Assembly: GCA_020137815.1 (NCBI GenBank)
Contig: CM035356.1
Coordinates: 5,580,001-5,644,000 of the forward strand
DNA: 64,000 nucleotides
Source: Hormiphora californensis
Lineage: Eukaryota; Animalia; Ctenophora
Reading direction: 5' to 3'
Made by a program: the position numbers and the translations under genes. Below the pieces are notes generated by a model. The model saw nothing but the letters and a program-made list of their open reading frames with translations, was not told where the DNA came from and searched no databases. Below, in pieces: positions 48,730-64,000 of this stretch; within the stretch, counting starts at the first letter, position 1, and the number at the start of each line of letters is the position of its first letter.

Positions 48730-50105
48730 ATGTATCTTGTGAGCCTAGTGGTGATTTGCTTCCTTCAACTTGCCAATTCCTACGAATATTCGTACGATTG
48801 TTACGACCAGAAATGTAGTGGGACGGGCACCTACTCAGACTACTACATTACATGTGACCAGAGACAGTATTATAACCAATCGTGTTCCGTGGAATCAGAC
48901 GGGTACCCACGGTGTGATTACGGTGATGGTGGAAGTATTAGTAAGTATGACTAAAGCTGTAGTCTAAAGGATTGTTTCTATTCGGTTTGAGTACTATATA
49001 AGTGATTGTGAAACAGTAGTATTGAGTACTTATGTGCCTCGCCCGGCTAATCTAGTGAATCTCCTTGCTGTACAGCTTGTTAAACAAGGAAGTGAAACTA
49101 TAGGGTTCTGTACAGAGTTTCTCTTTACTATTCACATCATCCCCCATAAAAAAGTCGCTTGGCAAATTCCCTCGTCGCTCGGCAATTGGTTCGGCAACAA
49201 CAGGTGGTTTGCCGAGCCAGTCGCTCGGCTAATCAAGGAAGTCGCCGTGTTTTCACCGCGTTCTTACAGAAAAAGTACATTTTTTCAGCACTTTTTTTCA
49301 AAATCTCCTGCTGAAAAATACAAAGTGCTGAAAAAATGTGCTTTTTCTGTAAGAACGCGGTGAAATCACGGAGACTTCCTTGATTAGCCGAGCGACTGGC
49401 TCGGCAAACCACCTGTTGTTGCCGAACCAATTGCCGAGCGACGAGGGAATTTGCCAAGCGACTTTTTTATGGGGGATTTACATTCTAAAAATATGATGAC
49501 TGGTATCGCCCTGCTGCTGTGCGCGGGCATATCAACTAACTACTATTAGATAGTAGTGGTACTAAAGCTGTAGTCTAAAGGATTGTTTCTATTCGGTTTG
49601 AGTACTATATAAGTGATTGTGAAACAGTAGTATTGAGTACTTATGTGCCTCGCCCGGCTAATCTAGTGAATCTCCTTGCTGTACAGCTTGTTAAACAAGG
49701 AAGTGAAACTAGAGGGTTCTGTACAGAGTTTCTCTTTACTATTCACATCATTTACATTCTAAAAATATAGTAGGTACTCAGTGAGTACCTACTGGTCTAG
49801 GTAGGATCATGATCCGAATCGTGGGTCCTGGCATGAACCAAGATATGGAAGAGCACGGACTTCACATGCTCCTACTCTCATTAAATGGGGAAGTACCTGG
49901 GCCAAACGGATACCCGGCTCTCGCGGGCACAATGAGGCTCCTGGCGTGGACACCTAAATTGGGGGAAGGGAAACCAGCCATCGGCTACCTCGATTTCGAC
50001 GAGGAATTCTACGCGGGCGTCACTGCCCGAGGTGGAATCCTCACTACATTCGAGGGAACCTTTGAGTGCACCCTGGCCAATGATAATTTGCCGTCCATAT
50101 TTTAA
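48730..50105 (+). CDS. Small secreted Cys/Tyr-rich protein, probably two exons (48730-48940 + 49801-50105, ~171 aa)
   Basis: Signal peptide MYLVSLVVICFLQLANS, five Cys in a Tyr-rich segment, gtaagt donor at 48941 (phase 1) in frame with AG acceptor at 49800 and ORF 49809-50105; acceptor lacks a strong pyrimidine tract. Confidence 0.5.
48950..49768. repeat. ~208-bp tandem duplication, first copy carrying a MITE
   Basis: actaaagctgtagtctaaagg..cattctaaaaatat at 48950-49493 (interrupted) and 49561-49768 (empty). Confidence 0.9.
49141..49475. mobile_element. Palindromic MITE with CCC termini and 2-bp AT TSD (CMC/EnSpm-like)
   Basis: cccccataaaaaagtcgcttggc.. inverted ends; empty site ttcacatcATttacattct visible at ~49742-49760. 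Confidence 0.85.
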
Positions 50106-50838
50106 CACAGGACGTTTTTAGCCAGGTTTTCTTGATTCTATTTCTAAACTTCATCAATGGGTTGCAACAACAAGTAAAATAGAAGTATTTTTTTTGGTAG
50201 AAACTGAAAGAATCTCAAATACATTTAACGTTAAACAAATGTACACAATATCTTCTTGCGCCCGTTTCAGATAAACTCATTTCCACTATATCTAATATCT
50301 ATACAAATTGCACATGTGCAGCACGTGTTTTGAATTAACAAATTAAATTCTACAAATACTCAGCTGAATATTGTAAAACAATTATTATATGAGATCCAGC
50401 CCAATTGTAACTGGAGTTATGGAGTTATGGAGAACATCATATTCAATTTTAATAAAGTATTCACAAAAGGATGTCAGGAAAATACATCTGTAGAATCATA
50501 TATGATTTACTACCAAGTTTCGATTAAACAAGGTCAAATATAAAACAGAAATGTTTCTAAGACAGTTGTTAACTAGCTAAAACGACACACACACAAATGA
50601 AATACTAATAATTCATCTTTGAAGCATAAACTCGAAGATAATATAGTCAGTAAGAAGGGGTCTTCCCACCAATTTTTAATCAGTTTTTGGCCGGAATATT
50701 TGGATTCTGGAAAAGATTGCTAGCAAAAGTGTAAAAGTATTATATATAACTCCCCATTTTTCTTTCTCTGCAGCTAGCAATTCCTATTCATTTCCATCTC
50801 GATTCTGAAATCCCAAATTGTTTGTTGAGGATCACACC

Positions 50839-63124
<12,286 letters not shown>

Positions 63125-64000
63125 CTGAGGAAGAGAGAGATATGGAAATTAGATATATAATGACGATGAGATTTAGAGATGAGGTGGTATTGGGTTCTTA
63201 TTTTGGTTAATTTGGAGCCTCAGCCTTTTAATTTTTGGGGGCAAGCTGATTCCTCCACTTAAAATGAAATTCAAGGCGTTATTCAGAAAGGGATCAGTGA
63301 GGGAGTGAGAGCTATACAGAAAGGGATCATGAGTGAGGGAGTGAGAGCCCCCCCAGTACCAACATATCTCGTGTTTTATTTATTGAGGAAGTGCGATTAA
63401 AACCACCGAGAAGGTTTAGTGGTAGAGCTGGTGAGGGTAGTGGTTGGTGTGACTGGGGTTAAATAACGATCTTTTATAACTCTGACGTCTGTAATAGCTT
63501 GATGATTTAACATGTGTCTTGTACACGAGTATTTAAAGACAGTTGATTGTAACTGAGCTCACTACTTTATACTGATTGAGCAGTGAGTAGTTTTATATTG
63601 TAGCTCCACATCATATTATTACTGCACGTGCTGTCCAGCGCTACTCTTAGAAAGACTTCTTAGGTTCTTATACTTAAAATTCCTTCCTCCAAGACTAAGA
63701 ACAATAAACTAGATCTAATCTAAATTAGAATTTGCACGTGTGCTCTGCTACTACAACAAAAGCACCACACGTGTTTGTTATATTACCCCCACAGATGTGA
63801 GATAGGGTCGAGAAAGGCGCCTAGCACACGTGTGCCTTTGTAGATGCAAATCACGTAGTGATGTTAATGTAGTAGTTAGTAACTATACTACAATTTTATA
63901 TCTTGCAATTTAAAATTCATAAGCCCACCGGCCACCCCCATGAGAACAATGGCTGAACTTCCCCCTAGCCCATGTAACTTCAGTAGCAACGGGGTGGGGG

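Overview
Eukaryotic (animal) genomic DNA with GT-AG introns, abundant (AG)n microsatellites and dense transposon content. One short repeat (54947-55053) resembles one I recall from pleurobrachiid ctenophore assemblies, so the taxon is an unverified inference. Intron-containing genes reconstructed by hand: RBM25 (minus, runs off the left edge), a divergent BiP/HSPA5-like ER Hsp70 ending in RTEL (plus), a signal-peptide-bearing LTA4H-like M1 aminopeptidase (minus), a small secreted Cys/Tyr-rich protein (plus) and a gene with a catalytically degenerate class III nucleotide cyclase domain (minus). Mobile elements include an intact CRE-clade retrotransposon ORF with an N-terminal PHD finger, two RNase H LINEs with clear target-site duplications (TSDs), a tRNA-derived SINE candidate and many foldback/MITE elements (Kolobok-, Merlin/MULE- and EnSpm-like), several nested. 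The most striking unexplained structure is at 30.2-37.7 kb. Two tandem 60-aa genes (signal peptide + ~8-10 aa glycopeptide + GPI signal, CD24/CD52-like architecture) differ only at synonymous sites. They sit directly downstream of a very dense cluster of GAAANNGAAA (IRF-E/ISRE-type) motifs, with a second cluster at 37.2-37.7 kb. This is a candidate IRF-controlled innate-immune locus.
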